From Paraphysomonas bandaiensis (taxonomy: Eukaryota > Protista > Chrysophyceae), in assembly GCA_965644295.1 (NCBI GenBank), contig CBFFRP010000282.1, positions 1-40,141 of the forward strand: 40,141 nucleotides of DNA, written 5' to 3'. The notes below the pieces were generated by a model. The model did not search any database, was not told the DNA's origin, and was given only the letters and a program-made list of their open reading frames with translations. Both the position numbers and the translations under genes were made by a program. Positions 23,239-36,160 of this stretch are shown in pieces. The first letter of the stretch is position 1. Every line of letters starts with the position of its first letter.

Positions 23239-24168
23239 CTGAAAAGTATCTTGTACGAATATAATTAAAGAGAATATACTTGAGCTATACATTTTCTAGC
23301 TAAGCTCAGGAAACATATTCTCCGTGTTGGGGCATAAATGCCGCGAAGCAATTGATGCAGACGAATTCTGTACACTATAGATATGCAGACGAATTCTGTA
23401 CATATTCCCCTACCTCCTACTTTACCTTTACAAAGAATACACTGGCTTTCTGTGGCCACGAATGATCCATGATATCTATTGTTTTGCTGCATTAGTTCTG
23501 ACTCTTACACGCCGATTGCCAATAATAAGACATTCAGTACTCGATGATGTCTGTATAGTGTGAGTTTAGCTAGTAATTAGCATAGCCTCCCTTCTCCATG
23601 CCCTCGGAAGCAATGCGGCAGAATCACGACTTCAATTTTCGAGAACTTACATAGTTTCACACTTTTTACTGAGCTTGATTACGTAGTTATGGATTTGACA
23701 CGCAATTCATACATTCATATGTCGTTTTCGCTTCTTAAAAACAAAAAATATATCATTAAGAAATTTAAACAAATTGCAAAAAGAAAACAAATCAATCAAA
23801 ACACAATTCGGCAAATATTGTTAGATGTACTTCAATGTGAAGCGATGATCGTTCAAATCAATGTAAAAAATCGCCATATATCATCTTCTTGATGCTGAGA
23901 CTACATTCTGTTCGATCATTTCACGGTGGACATGCTCGATACTACCGAATTCGGATAGAAGATATATATTTGGCATTTCCTCGGGTCACATGAGGACACA
24001 GGAGTTTGTAAATCTGATCACATAATACAGAAGTTAAATGTGTATTAATCAAAGCAAGTTGAAAAATCTAAATACACAGAAGTATGTAACAGTTATCACG
24101 CCACTGTCGACATTACAGCTTGGCGTGCTAACGTGTTAAGAGAATGGGTACTTCAGCACATAAGGCAC

Positions 24169-27100
24169 CTACTTGCCCGACTCTGGCTTCTTCACGTAGC
24201 CCAACGAGCTTACTCCTGAAGCATCCTGCGCATGTTGATTGGATGAAAATGCTGAGTGTCCATTAGATTGAGGGCAAGCAATATTGTGCATATGATCCCT
24301 CTGTTGTGGTAATGATGTCTGCTGCGTGAAATTGGGAAGCGACGTGCGGTGTGCATTGCAGTAAGCAGTATTTTGGTGTGAGTTGTCTAGAAGTGGGAAA
24401 ATAGGCATAAACGGTGGATCCGATGAACACAGTGGAGGGTAACCTGAAGAGTGTCGCGAAGGGACGCAAGAACTTCTACTCATACACTGATTGGCTTTGT
24501 CAATTTCACTTCTATCATGGTCACACATTGTGGAGTCATCCATTTCAGTCAGCACTTGGGAAAGAACAGACATATTGCTGCTGTTGATGTCATCGAAAGA
24601 AGCCTGATTCCCTACTCTTATCTCATGTTCCTTTGCCTCAGATATTCCCTCAGTTGATATCTGCACAGAGAATTACGATTTTCGGAAACATGCAACCCCA
24701 TTCTCCAGTACGACTGCATATAAATACAGGTCACACTGTATCGTACTGTGTAGAAAAAAGAGTTCATATATATTACATAGTACATTGGTTGCTACCCGAT
24801 TCTAATATCATATTGCCATGCACTATTCCACAGCCACTCACCATGTTGCATTTAGTATCTTGTGCAACCTCTCCAAACGCAGCATTCTCTTGACTCTCTG
24901 ATTTTACATCGCCTTGCTCCTTATAGCCCACACCGAGTGTATGACGCTTATCTCGCCACGTATAAGGATTGTGCTTGCGAATGTGATGATGATGGGGTCG
25001 CACGCCCAACGAAGCATTATTGGAAACGCGGTGCGGGTGGCCCGGTTCCGGGTTTTGTGTGAAGCTGAGGTTCGAATCACTGTAGCTTAGGCGATGGGAA
25101 ACTACGGGTGAATCTTAAAGACGTAAAGTAATTTTTCGTGCCACAGATACTTTTCATCCAGAAAAAGCAAGAACAGAAGCACACGATGTATATATTTACA
25201 TACCAATGCAATTTCCATTGATCTCTCGTGCCCTTTTCTCCGCAAAGTTTGCAATGACACTGGGATTATTTCTATGTACGATGTAAACGACCATACATAG
25301 TAATAGGTCAACGTTACCGTTGAACCAACAGTGGATCGGGAACGCTTCGTGGTTCATCTAAAAGAATGAATTCATTAGCACAGGCCTATGAACATCAACA
25401 CGTTAAAAGAAAAATACCATGATTAGTTCCAGTGCGATGCCAACTTATAGGTGATGTGTCTGACGTGGAATTCAAGGACGATATATTTATTTCCGGGTTG
25501 TAATACGCCACTATAAACGATTAAAGAAATCACACGGTGCGAAGTACGGTAAGTTAAAGACATCTACGAACACACCTTCGACGAGTATTTCTCTTCGGAG
25601 TTCATCCATATCAAGTCGATACTTCTCGAAATCAAATTCAACGTTCATACTTTCGATCGGCGTCACGTCGACTACAGTCTGGCTTCTATATACCACGAAG
25701 TCAGATGGTAGATTATCAACGGCATGTGTAAGTATGTCGACGTGACACCGACCGCGTATATACTTACTTGGTCAGTATCTGGATATAAGGGTGTTTCAAA
25801 GCTTGCATCGCCGATATGCGGTGAGTGGGATGCACTTGTAACAGCCTATAAGACAATGTTGGGTACGATTATGCAGGTAAATACATATATATACCTTCCC
25901 AACAGGTCCAAAAAATTCCTGGAAGCTCGAGGAAACACGCACCTAGATAACTGAATTTTAAATTCCCAATACTACCGCCACGGTGCACGTATTACACAAC
26001 CACTACTCGCCAGTGGTACCATATTGTAAATGTTGAAGCAGATACATACACACAAGCAGGTACTGAACGTAACTTTAGCGCAAAACATTTCGTACCTGTA
26101 GTTAACAGGAGCAACATCAGGACGGTTCTGCAGGAAGAACCTGACCATGATAATCAGCAGGAGCAAAATATTTCATATTGTATTACTTTGCATGTGGCTT
26201 CCGAATCAGACTCATAAAGTCTCTCCCAGGCTGACCACAAAAAAAATAATAACACTGACTCATTCAACACATGTTACCACATACATTTCCCGTGAAGTTC
26301 ACAATTAGTTCCAATTGATGAAATGAATCAGCCCCAGGGAATAACGGCTTGCGTGCCACTAACTCTGCATTTGCAATATAAATTTGATGGATAAACTACA
26401 TACCATTGGTACACTACCGGCCATAATGGTACCCACGGCCCACAAGTCAACAGCGTATCCGTAGTCATGCCAGCCAACTAGAATTTCCGGTGCGCGGTAC
26501 CACCTGTATGTGGTTGGTATTGTTTATTCACTTCCCCAACACAGGGCAACCAAGCATTACCTCGTTGTGACATACTCTGTCATTGGAGGTATGCGCTTGC
26601 CGGTATGCTCAGTGTAATGCTTCGAGAGACCAAAATCAGATATCTATAAAGTACATGACTAAGGATTTTATACAAATGCTCGACAGAGCGCATACTTTTA
26701 TAGTGCAGTCGCTATTAATGAGAATATTTCTTGGCTTCAAGTCTCTGAGAAATATGCATCAGATAGAAAAAGGTATATCTTGCCACACCTGTGGAGTACT
26801 CCATTCTCGTGAAGGTAATGAATACCACTTAGTATCTGATACGTGAAGTACTGCATTGTAACAACGCTTACATTAGCACTGTGCATTTTGTAGGAATTGT
26901 ATTCATGCGATGAGATATTCAACGTTACCTGTACATGTTCATTCGACAGTTTCTGAGATGATTTGATTATGCATGCTAAGTCCGTTTCCATCAACTCAAA
27001 CTGGATGTAGATATCATCAAAAGCATATATTGATGCAGGGGTTTCAATAGATAAAGTAGAAATAATCTGCATAACAATTGTTCACTCTTTCATGAAATTA

Positions 27101-27413
27101 CTAATATGAAAAAAATAGTTTATACATTCTGATGCTTGAGTAAACGGAGTAAACGTAACTCACGTAGAGTTCTTTTGGCCATTGTACGAGAATTGAATAT
27201 ACTCTTACATTTCTTAATAGCTACATCTCTATTAGTGGAAACATCTCTTGCTGAACAGACTACTCCATATGCCCCTGATCCCAAGTATCCCCTTACTTCA
27301 TATTTGGCATTGAGTAGAAAGCATTCACCCCCTACACGCCATTGTCTTAATCCTGTCATAGATGTTTTACGTAATCGATGTTGATGATTGTTTAAGTGAT
27401 ATGAAGATATCAT
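24169..27413 (-). CDS. Mitogen-activated protein kinase, TEY activation loop, long low-complexity C-terminal extension; many short introns; 3' end uncertain (may splice on to ~23990)
   Basis: [60 protein letters not shown]|[19 protein letters not shown]...MTEYVTTR|[22 protein letters not shown]. Confidence 0.93.
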
Positions 27414-27946
27414 TCTTTAAGTCTTTAATGAATTCAGAATGATCTCATTTCGAAGCCTTTTCTCATTGTGTCAGATTAAAATGAACATGTGGAATAATGA
27501 CACACGTAACTAGCATATCACTGAATTAATGAATGATTCATCTTAAAATTTCTTATCTATCATATGAATATATACGTATGATTATCATAAGAGATTTCAC
27601 GTACATATGACTGTTAAAGATATAAAATATATTGAAGTACGATAATTTTATTAAACTTCATCTTCTTTTTAAGAAAGAAGTGAAAGTTAATGTATAGAGA
27701 TTTATGTAGAGTGTATATGATTAAGATCCTATATTCGTCATTGATCATGTCAAGTGACTCCACAAGATGTTGGAATGATTGAACTTCATCTTATCCTTTA
27801 CCTACAAAGTATCATCTGATGAAGTTAATATGAGAGAAAAACATCGATTTTATTAGAAAAAAAGTCTAAAAATGTGATATTTCTTTAACCACAAACTTGT
27901 TTTTCCATGAAAACACCCCAAAGATACACACATTCCAAGGCTCTCT

Positions 27947-28990
27947 ATGCTACTTACTAGCATTCCATTCTACTCCTTATATACCCACAATTCCATTCCA
28001 CTGTACAATAATGTAAACAATATGGAAGCAATTCATGTATTCAATTATTCAAATGACTTTGTTTATGATCATTCAATGTTTCGTATTGATCACAGACTTG
28101 TTGAGTATGAGCCTGTAGAGATGGAAGCAGAGGAAGGGAGATCACAGCATGGTCATGACTTGTCTAGGCATCAATATACAGTATTGTTTTGGTACAAATG
28201 TTGTTTTGAGGATACCACTCTACTTGAATGTGCAGAATTTTTGAGAATTGTTTGTAATGTAACTGTGAGTCGATCCACAGTGTTCAGAGCACTCCTCCAA
28301 CTTGGTTTCAAGAAAAAGCATATGAAATATATCACCAAGGATCTTGATGAGAATGATAGAGTGGCATTTTGGGTCAATCCGCCTGATCATTCACTGCGAC
28401 CGGGTGTGCTTGGGGTTTATTATCAGGACATTGTGGACCTAGACGAAAGTGGCTTTTACGTCTCCAATTCACGGCGTGTCTGTGGCCACTCTCTTGGGAG
28501 CACCTCAAGCAGTTCTACTGAAAACAAAGCCCGCACGCTGCCCCACTACTCATTGCTAGTTGCTATCGACGCTCGCAAAGGTGTGGTCAACAACATGTTT
28601 TGTCCACATAGCACAACGTCGGAGGGACTCTACCACTTTGTTGTGTACCTGTTAATTCCCAGTCTTAAGGGTACCGGGAGACGTGTCATTACGATGGATC
28701 GCTTGAGTGCTCATATTGGAGTTGTGGTCAAAGCTCTAACTGATGCTGGCCATTATGTTGTGTTTCGTCCTGCTTCGTCCCCTACCTTTGCACCAGTGGA
28801 ATGGGTATTCAGTTATGTGGACAAGTTTCTCCAAGAGCATAGTCCACAGGTCACGCCCAATTCATTGAAGTTTTGGTTAAGGACGGCTTTGGATACAATT
28901 AGTAGGTTTGATGTCAAACAGTATATGGCTGCTGCACACTTTTATGTCCCGACGTATCCGTACACACCTTACCGCGGTGAACAATCATAG
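27947..28990 (+). CDS. IS630/Tc1-like DDE transposase (DDE_3, DD33E), intact and intronless; start may be ATG 28022
   Basis: HTH-type segment DTTLLECAEFL...VSRSTVFRALLQLGFKKK; catalytic VDLDESGF, ITMDRLSAH, FRPASSPTFAPVEWVFS (cf. LPxYSPDLNPIExxWS); 33 residues between the second D and E. Confidence 0.85.
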   Translation: MLLTSIPFYSLYTHNSIPLYNNVNNMEAIHVFNYSNDFVYDHSMFRIDHRLVEYEPVEMEAEEGRSQHGHDLSRHQYTVLFWYKCCFEDTTLLECAEFLRIVCNVTVSRSTVFRALLQLGFKKKHMKYITKDLDENDRVAFWVNPPDHSLRPGVLGVYYQDIVDLDESGFYVSNSRRVCGHSLGSTSSSSTENKARTLPHYSLLVAIDARKGVVNNMFCPHSTTSEGLYHFVVYLLIPSLKGTGRRVITMDRLSAHIGVVVKALTDAGHYVVFRPASSPTFAPVEWVFSYVDKFLQEHSPQVTPNSLKFWLRTALDTISRFDVKQYMAAAHFYVPTYPYTPYRGEQS

Positions 28991-29338
28991 GGGTCCTATG
29001 TGGTTGTAGTGCACGATGTGACTGCACTGCACTTAGTATTTATTATTTTGGCTAATTAATTATTCTTAAGTATTCTAAATTATTATTTTCTTAAGTAATT
29101 TGGAACAGTATATTGCAATACTTTGTAAATGATACTACTATTATTTATCTCTTTAAACATTATAAACTATATGTCGGTTTTCTATGTCGGTGGCACGTTT
29201 TTCACATTGTAATTATATGATATGTTATTAGTTTTATACAAAATTGAAAGCACAGTGCCCTCGGCAATTGTGATGAGAGTAGGCTTGTGTAAGTTGGGCT
29301 CAAAATGAGTCCATTAAAAATTCGACTGTATCTGTTCA

Positions 29339-29507
29339 TGTGAATCAGCCGCTTGAGGAGTCTACTGTCATGGATGCTCTTGATGTTTCGTGTCATGTAT
29401 CAGGTATATTAGTGTAAGCATTATCAAAAATAGGCAAACATACTCCTGGCATATAACACGAAACATCATCAATGACAGTAGACTCTTCAACTGAAGCCTG
29501 ATTCACA
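29339..29507. repeat. Degenerate inverted repeat (foldback); weaker pairing extends to ~29265-29600
   Basis: TGTGAATCAG...TTGA[G/A]GAGTCTACTGTCAT...TGATGTTTCGTGT...CAGG (29339-29404) is inverted at 29445-29507. Confidence 0.8.
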
Positions 29508-30711
29508 ATTCACAGGCAGATGTAACCTGTACAGTGACTTGATCATTGGACTACACAACAGGTTAGTCTTTCTACTGCTCTTAAACAATTATCGAAACAG
29601 TTGTTGCTATCTCCTGAAGAATAGACAGTGATTAACTGACCCTTGACATGATGACATGTAGTTGATAGAGGGTGATAAAATCACAACATATACATACACA
29701 GAAATATTAGACGACAAAATGATTTCATTTCATATGAACTGCTTTGATATTTGAAACATAAGTTTGAATTACATTATAAATAACTACTCCACAATGTTTC
29801 ATTTTCTTTCTTCTTAACCAAATAGACAAACCTTATGCTTAACTGAGTGTTCATTGATAATGATTTGCTATAGTTGAGAATGTTGAATCATGTATGAGAG
29901 GCCCGAGCACATTCAAGGGTATTTGACTTGTAGGATTCATCTTGCGAGGAAATATTCTTTCTGAGAGAGTAACTATAAAGTATGAATATAGCTTCTAGCT
30001 ATAACCCAGTTTTAAGTCTGATATGTTGTTTATGTAACTAAGTAACTAAATATAGCATATACAATCGATTAGAACAGCTTGGACAGCTAATAGTGTTATA
30101 TATGCTAATTCAAACAATAAGCCCAGCAGCTTCAGGAGAATTTTTATGAGATTAACATTTTATATTTTATATAATGTTTTTCTTAAAAGTCAAGTTTCCG
30201 GTAAAACTATACGACATCCTACCAATCATACTAATTATTCAAGCAGAGAGCGTTTTTCAATCTGCTGTCTCATAACATACTTGCTCGCATTCTTAGTACG
30301 ACGTATGTGACTCATCTCTGTTACATAAAAAATCATAATCAGAGTTGAGAGAAAACATGTAACACCTAAAGCACTGAAGTATCTATTACTATGTGTGCAT
30401 AACTGAATTCGGTCTGACTCGAGGGGGTATATGATTAACTATTAAATAACCTATGCATCTCTGATCTATTACCCATTAAGGATCTGATAAACACGTTTCT
30501 TTGCAACACTAATAGGAACAGTATTGTAATGCAGAGCCAACAACAACCTCTCTATATATAATTCACGAATCCTGTTGCAACTTATAAGCAAGTTAGAGAA
30601 CAAGGCCCCACAACAAAAACTTATTTGAACAGCAAAACACAAGTATTATTTCACAGATATTATACACGCACTAGTTACTATCATTCCACGATATAATCAT
30701 TGCGATGGGCA

Positions 30712-33700
30712 TCACAATTCTGCCATAGAAGCGTACTTAGTGCGTGTTCTGTTGTATAGGTCTTCAGCTTTACCCGACAAATTCCTTGATTGGGCAGATG
30801 GTGCTGCGCGCTGTGGAGGCTGCTGTGTACTGCCCCCTCTAGCCCTAGCCGTGTCTGCAGAAGCCCTGACAGCATTGTCGCTACTTGGAGAAGATGCCCA
30901 TAGCCCGGCTTTAACTCGATCTAATGACGAACGAACACTGTCAACTCTATCAGTTCCAGTGCGAGAAGGTGCGGGGGCTGCACGAATACTTTGGACAGGA
31001 TACTGCTCGTACTTTCCTCCCGATTCGTCGGGGTGCATGCGCTGACTTGAACCAGGCGGACGATACAATCCACCAGAAGCTGTGGTTGAAGTCGATAATC
31101 GGCCAGCACTGGCGCTACGCTGTGGAACACCTGACTGTTGTGCAGATGATCCACTTGCGCTGCTACTAGATGTAGTCGGTTTTTGTTGGGACGAGGCCCC
31201 TGAAGATGCCGCATTGCGCAGAGCAGCGATGGAAGCGTTCACTAGTCTCTGCAGAGCCGCCACATCCTGCACATGACACACGTATAAATACAATGTAGGG
31301 TACGCGAAAAGAACTGTACCTTGGCTAGGGCATGTCCTGTGGTCCCTCCACCCTGTGCTCCATGCAACACCACACCAACCGCCTGGGCGACACTCTGGAC
31401 CAGCACTTTGATTTTCTGTTCCATTATGGTGTGCACAGCCTGGCGCTCCTTAATAAGTACCTCGCACTGTCTCTGTCGACACTTACGTCACAAGCCCACT
31501 CAAAGTATTGTGTAGGCTCAACATACCTTTACCATTGCATGTTCCTCATGAGGGGGATTTTCCGATGTGCCGTTGCTTACATACTCGCGCAGTTTTGCGG
31601 ATAAGCGTTTATTCTGTAAACAAATTAAAACTAGTCATCAGAATACACGTCATCTCTATCAATATAGTTTTTGTAATGTAAAATAATAATATCGCCCATA
31701 GCAGCATGTGCACTTTACTTACTTCTGCAACCAGCTCTTCATAATTCCCTCTGCCAGAGTCGCTGTGGGTGGGTCCGTTGGCACTGTCTGCTTCTTGTCG
31801 GCGAATGTTTCTCAACACCGAAGACATCATATCGGACATGTGATTCACCGCTGCACTGGAAGAAGTACCAGATCGTCCGCCTTCGTCTTTCCGTATACGC
31901 CGTAAGCATGCCGACCATTCCCTTCTCAACATGTCCTCGATGCGCGTATTAGTCGATCCACCGCTGATATCGCTATAGGTATTCGATAGTCCACTGGGGG
32001 GAGTCGAACGACCGTTTTCGACACTAGCATCCTCATCATCCACAACCGAAAGCTCTGTTGCTGAGGCGTTCGACATCCCTCTGTTTTGGTTTTCGTTCTT
32101 CCATGACTCCAGTGCCTTAGTGAGCTCTTCGTTCTTGTATGGTGACTTGGCATTGACTTCCATCGCAATGCGCTGAAATTTTATAAGCAATGCAGTCTTC
32201 TCGTCCAGTTTCTCCTCCAACTCTTTGTGGTGCTTGTCGTACGCATCAAGCTCATCTTGGAGCGATACGATTTGTTCGTCCCGCTCTACCAGGCGCTGTG
32301 TTAGAGCTATCATGATGTCTCTCTGCTTCAGAAGAAGCTGCTTATACCGATCCACTTGGGCCTTCTCCTCAACAATAGTTTCACGCTCTCTCTCCAGATC
32401 AGCAAGCTTCCCCTCGTATTCTTGTCGAAGTCTGTCATGCTGTTCCTTCATCAGCACTTGCATCTCCGGATGTGCATCATCTCCACCAGGCGTTCCAGGA
32501 CCTTCTCCTCGTTCTCCGCGTATCATCTGGCCCATAAGCATCGCGATCCGCTGCTCGAGGCGTTTCTTTTCTTCTTTCTCTTGCATAAATTCTTTTGATC
32601 TCATCTCCAACGCTCTCATTGCGGCCATCTTATCAGCCTCCGCTCTTCGCCGCTGTGTACACATAATTTGACATTTACCCATCAACCACACGCATTCATA
32701 TTTTATCTCATACATAGAGATCCACATCAAGTTCTACCTGTTCATCCAGCTCTAAGAGTCGCCTTTTATCTACGACATTCTTAGACCTAGCTTCAAGCTC
32801 GGCCCTCAGCTTCTTAAGTTCCCGTTCATACTTTCGCAGGAGCGACTTCTGGTCGAGATCTTCGTTAACCTTTGCTTCATTTTTAATATTTTTAGCTCTA
32901 TTGGCAAATTTAAGAGTTGATAAGGTTTCCGCCATGGCCTCAAGCGCAGGAGATATCATTGCCATCACTGCAATGCGTTCATGTTACAATGCGTGATACC
33001 AATCGTACTTCAGAAAGTGAAAGCATGTAAAATTCACACAGCTTTGATTACTTACTTGTGGTTTTACAGTTTCCTCCTAATGAGTCTTCCAGCACGCGTG
33101 TGAGCTTACTATCCCGATATGGAATGTGAGCCCGCTCCCTAATACAAGAATAGCGTTAAGACGGACTACGATAGGTACAATAACACAACGACAGCAGTGG
33201 AAATATTCCTACTTCGTCTCTGTAAGAGCCGATATCACGTTTCCTAGAGCAGAAAGTGATCGGTTAATTTGCTTGCTCTCCTCCAGCCTCTGACCAGTTG
33301 CTCCTGACAATCTCACCCTTTCCGATCCCGCGAGATCCACCAAATTGAGTTTACCCACCTGAATGCAATGAAATACAGTTCAAAACGAGGTTGATATTTC
33401 GCGTATGCAGTATCTATTTAGTGAAGACCGAAATATTTACAGGGCTATGAAACACAAACGCGCCTCTAAGACGACATATCAGACCTTGAAAGATTGCTTA
33501 ACTTGGTCTTCAAGTCTGCCCATGTCGCCTTCTCTCCGAACACCCCGAGAGTACATCATTCTGTTGAACTCATCGGCCGAGAGCTACCAAACAGCATAAA
33601 TATTAGTGTGCACGTTGTAACACTAAAACCAACACTAAAAACGTTGTACGACCCAACACAAAGCACTTCTGACAGCTCAATCAATTACCTCATTTCCATG

Positions 33701-34988
33701 TTCGTCCACGTAGACCGTCTCTGACTGCTCAACAATGACGATAAACACTGCATGAGATCTGGAGGAGATCTCATTCATCTTTGTCTCTCCAGTAGCGCGA
33801 ACATTCCCACCTCTTTCCATGAGACCGTATATCTCTGCTGGAGATCGTACCACCCATTCAGATAACCCCTCGACATATACCCCACGCTTCTTGTCCTCTC
33901 GAATAAGGAGATTATTCCTATCTGACTTCAGAAGATCTGATATCTGTACAGTAAATAAATAAATGCGTAAGAAATTGATTTTACACACACGCAGAACCAC
34001 CAGCAGAGTTCACAGTTATGGCAAACATCTATTATACAAGACCGCAATTAAGTAGCGAGCTTAATCGCATAGGCCTTTGCTTGACAATGTATGTACACTT
34101 TTGCAAAATAACAACAGGCAGGTCCACAGTGTCGACAGCGCATAACTACAGCCTCTCCATATTCTCCAACCTGCTCGTTGTAAATCTGAAGATAAGAAGC
34201 TCTGACAAGAAACCGCATCCGCGGACTTATATTTCTCTGTATGTGTCCGAAGATTTGCTCTATTGCTCTTGGAATTATACCGCGTGCTTCAACACTGCTG
34301 GATTCAGTATTGAAACCTTCCATCGTATACGTCTATGACAATATGATCAGCGATTATAATATTTATCAGGTTGTGTTATATATAGTTAATAGGTGAAGGA
34401 TAACTTGAAGTATCGGAATTCAGTCATCATTTCGTGTACCTTTCCGGTGCCTGTCTGTCCATCTGAAGGGAAGTCAGTTCACGAAAGCAAAAAATCTCAG
34501 ACAGAATACTCACAAGCAAAAATAGTAGCATTATATCCCTGTAGTGCTGACTCTACTCCAGTCCGAGCGGAAGTCTCGTAAACCTTCTTCTGGGAGCTGT
34601 TCTGGTCGTATACGTAGTCGAAGACGAATGTATGGCTTGTAAATGGGCCCGTATTAGCGAGCACCTCACCACGATCATCAAGTACAGCATCTAAGTTATC
34701 AGAAATGGTAATAACTTGTTCACGTGCATCCACTGCTACGATGTTCTTGAAGGGAACTTCACCTGTGATTTCACGAGGCAGTGGAGGACGTACACGTACG
34801 ACAACCTATACATATATAACATACAGATACATATATATACATTATAATAACCTTAAAATTTGTTTGTCTTTCATTTCTAGTTATATTTACACTAGAATTG
34901 GAGGATATATTGCCTCCTCTACTGAGCCTATAGATGTTTATAAGGACACAAGGAGTATATGAGGAGGATCACTGTATAAGTACCTCAT
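30712..34988 (-). CDS. Kinesin, N-terminal motor plus coiled-coil stalk and Ser-rich tail; multi-exon, with a 5-nt first coding exon and a 23-nt P-loop micro-exon
   Basis: NFK|[24 protein letters not shown]|GQTGTGK|[77 protein letters not shown]; heptad-rich region 31700-32900. Confidence 0.95.
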
Positions 34989-35187
34989 GAAGCTGTCCTC
35001 CTGACTCTTTAAATATCAAATGAATATATGAATGATGTTGATAATAAGACTGTAATGATTACAGCCTGTGGAGGTCTGTGGAGGGGGGTAGGAGGGTTGT
35101 TGTATGATGGTATGGTTATGTTGGATTGTGACTGAGATTTGAAATTATTCCACCACTCCAACTATACATACATACACATATATACAT

Positions 35188-35328
35188 CGTATTATCTTAT
35201 ATTTCGGAAATATATTGAGGCAAAAATACTCCACATTACTGAGATACAACTACGGCTGTAATACAGATAATTGTTGTCTCAATATATGAGGCATCTTTGA
35301 ACAAAAATATACGAAGGATGCCTATACG
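35188..35328 (+). repeat. Repeat family R1, copy 4 (more diverged), next to the TACA tract
   Basis: ATCTTATATTTCGGAAATATATTGAGGC...ATACAACTACGGCT...GAACAAAAATATACGAAGGATGCCTATACG. Confidence 0.88.
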
Positions 35329-35348
35329 ATATACACACATACAGTATA

Positions 35349-36160
35349 TACATACATACATACATACATACATACATACATACATACATACATACATACA
35401 TACATACATACATACATACATACATACATACATACATACATACATACATACATACATACATACATACATACATACATACATACATACATACATACATACA
35501 TACATACATACATACATACATACATACATACATACATACATACATACATACATACATACATACATACATACATACATACATACATACATACATACATACA
35601 TACATACATACATACATACATACATACATACATACATACATACATACATACATACATACATACATACATACATACATACATACATACATACATACATACA
35701 TACATACATACATACATACATACATACATACATACATACATACATACATACATACATACATACATACATACATACATACATACATACATACATACATACA
35801 TACATACATACATACATACATACATACATACATACATACATACATACATACATACATACATACATACATACATACATACATACATACATACATACATACA
35901 TACATACATACATACATACATACATACATACATACATACATACATACATACATACATACATACATACATACATACATACATACATACATACATACATACA
36001 TACATACATACATACATACATACATACATACATACATACATACATACATACATACATACATACATACATACATACATACATACATACATACATACATACA
36101 TACATACATACATACATACATACATACATACATACATACATACATACATACATACATACA
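35349..36160. repeat. Perfect (TACA)203 microsatellite, 812 bp
   Basis: No interruption seen; produces the MYVC/HTYI ORFs. Confidence 0.98.

Noticed and set aside
23355-23401. 20-bp direct repeat ATGCAGACGAATTCTGTACA x2
   Set aside because: Simple local duplication with no further structure.
27745-29740. Short inverted matches as TIRs of the IS630-like element (ATCATGTCAAG; AGTT[A/C]ATATGA)
   Set aside because: Only about 11 bp, not nested consistently, no TA TSD pair.
28991-30700. Fanzor/TnpB partner or omega-RNA for the IS630-like transposase
   Set aside because: No ORF with RuvC or Zn-finger motifs seen on either strand nearby.
30740-32671. Plus-strand ORFs within the kinesin gene, and similar antisense ORFs in MPI, ROCO, MAPK and photolyase
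   Set aside because: Antisense or off-frame shadows of real exons with no recognisable motifs.
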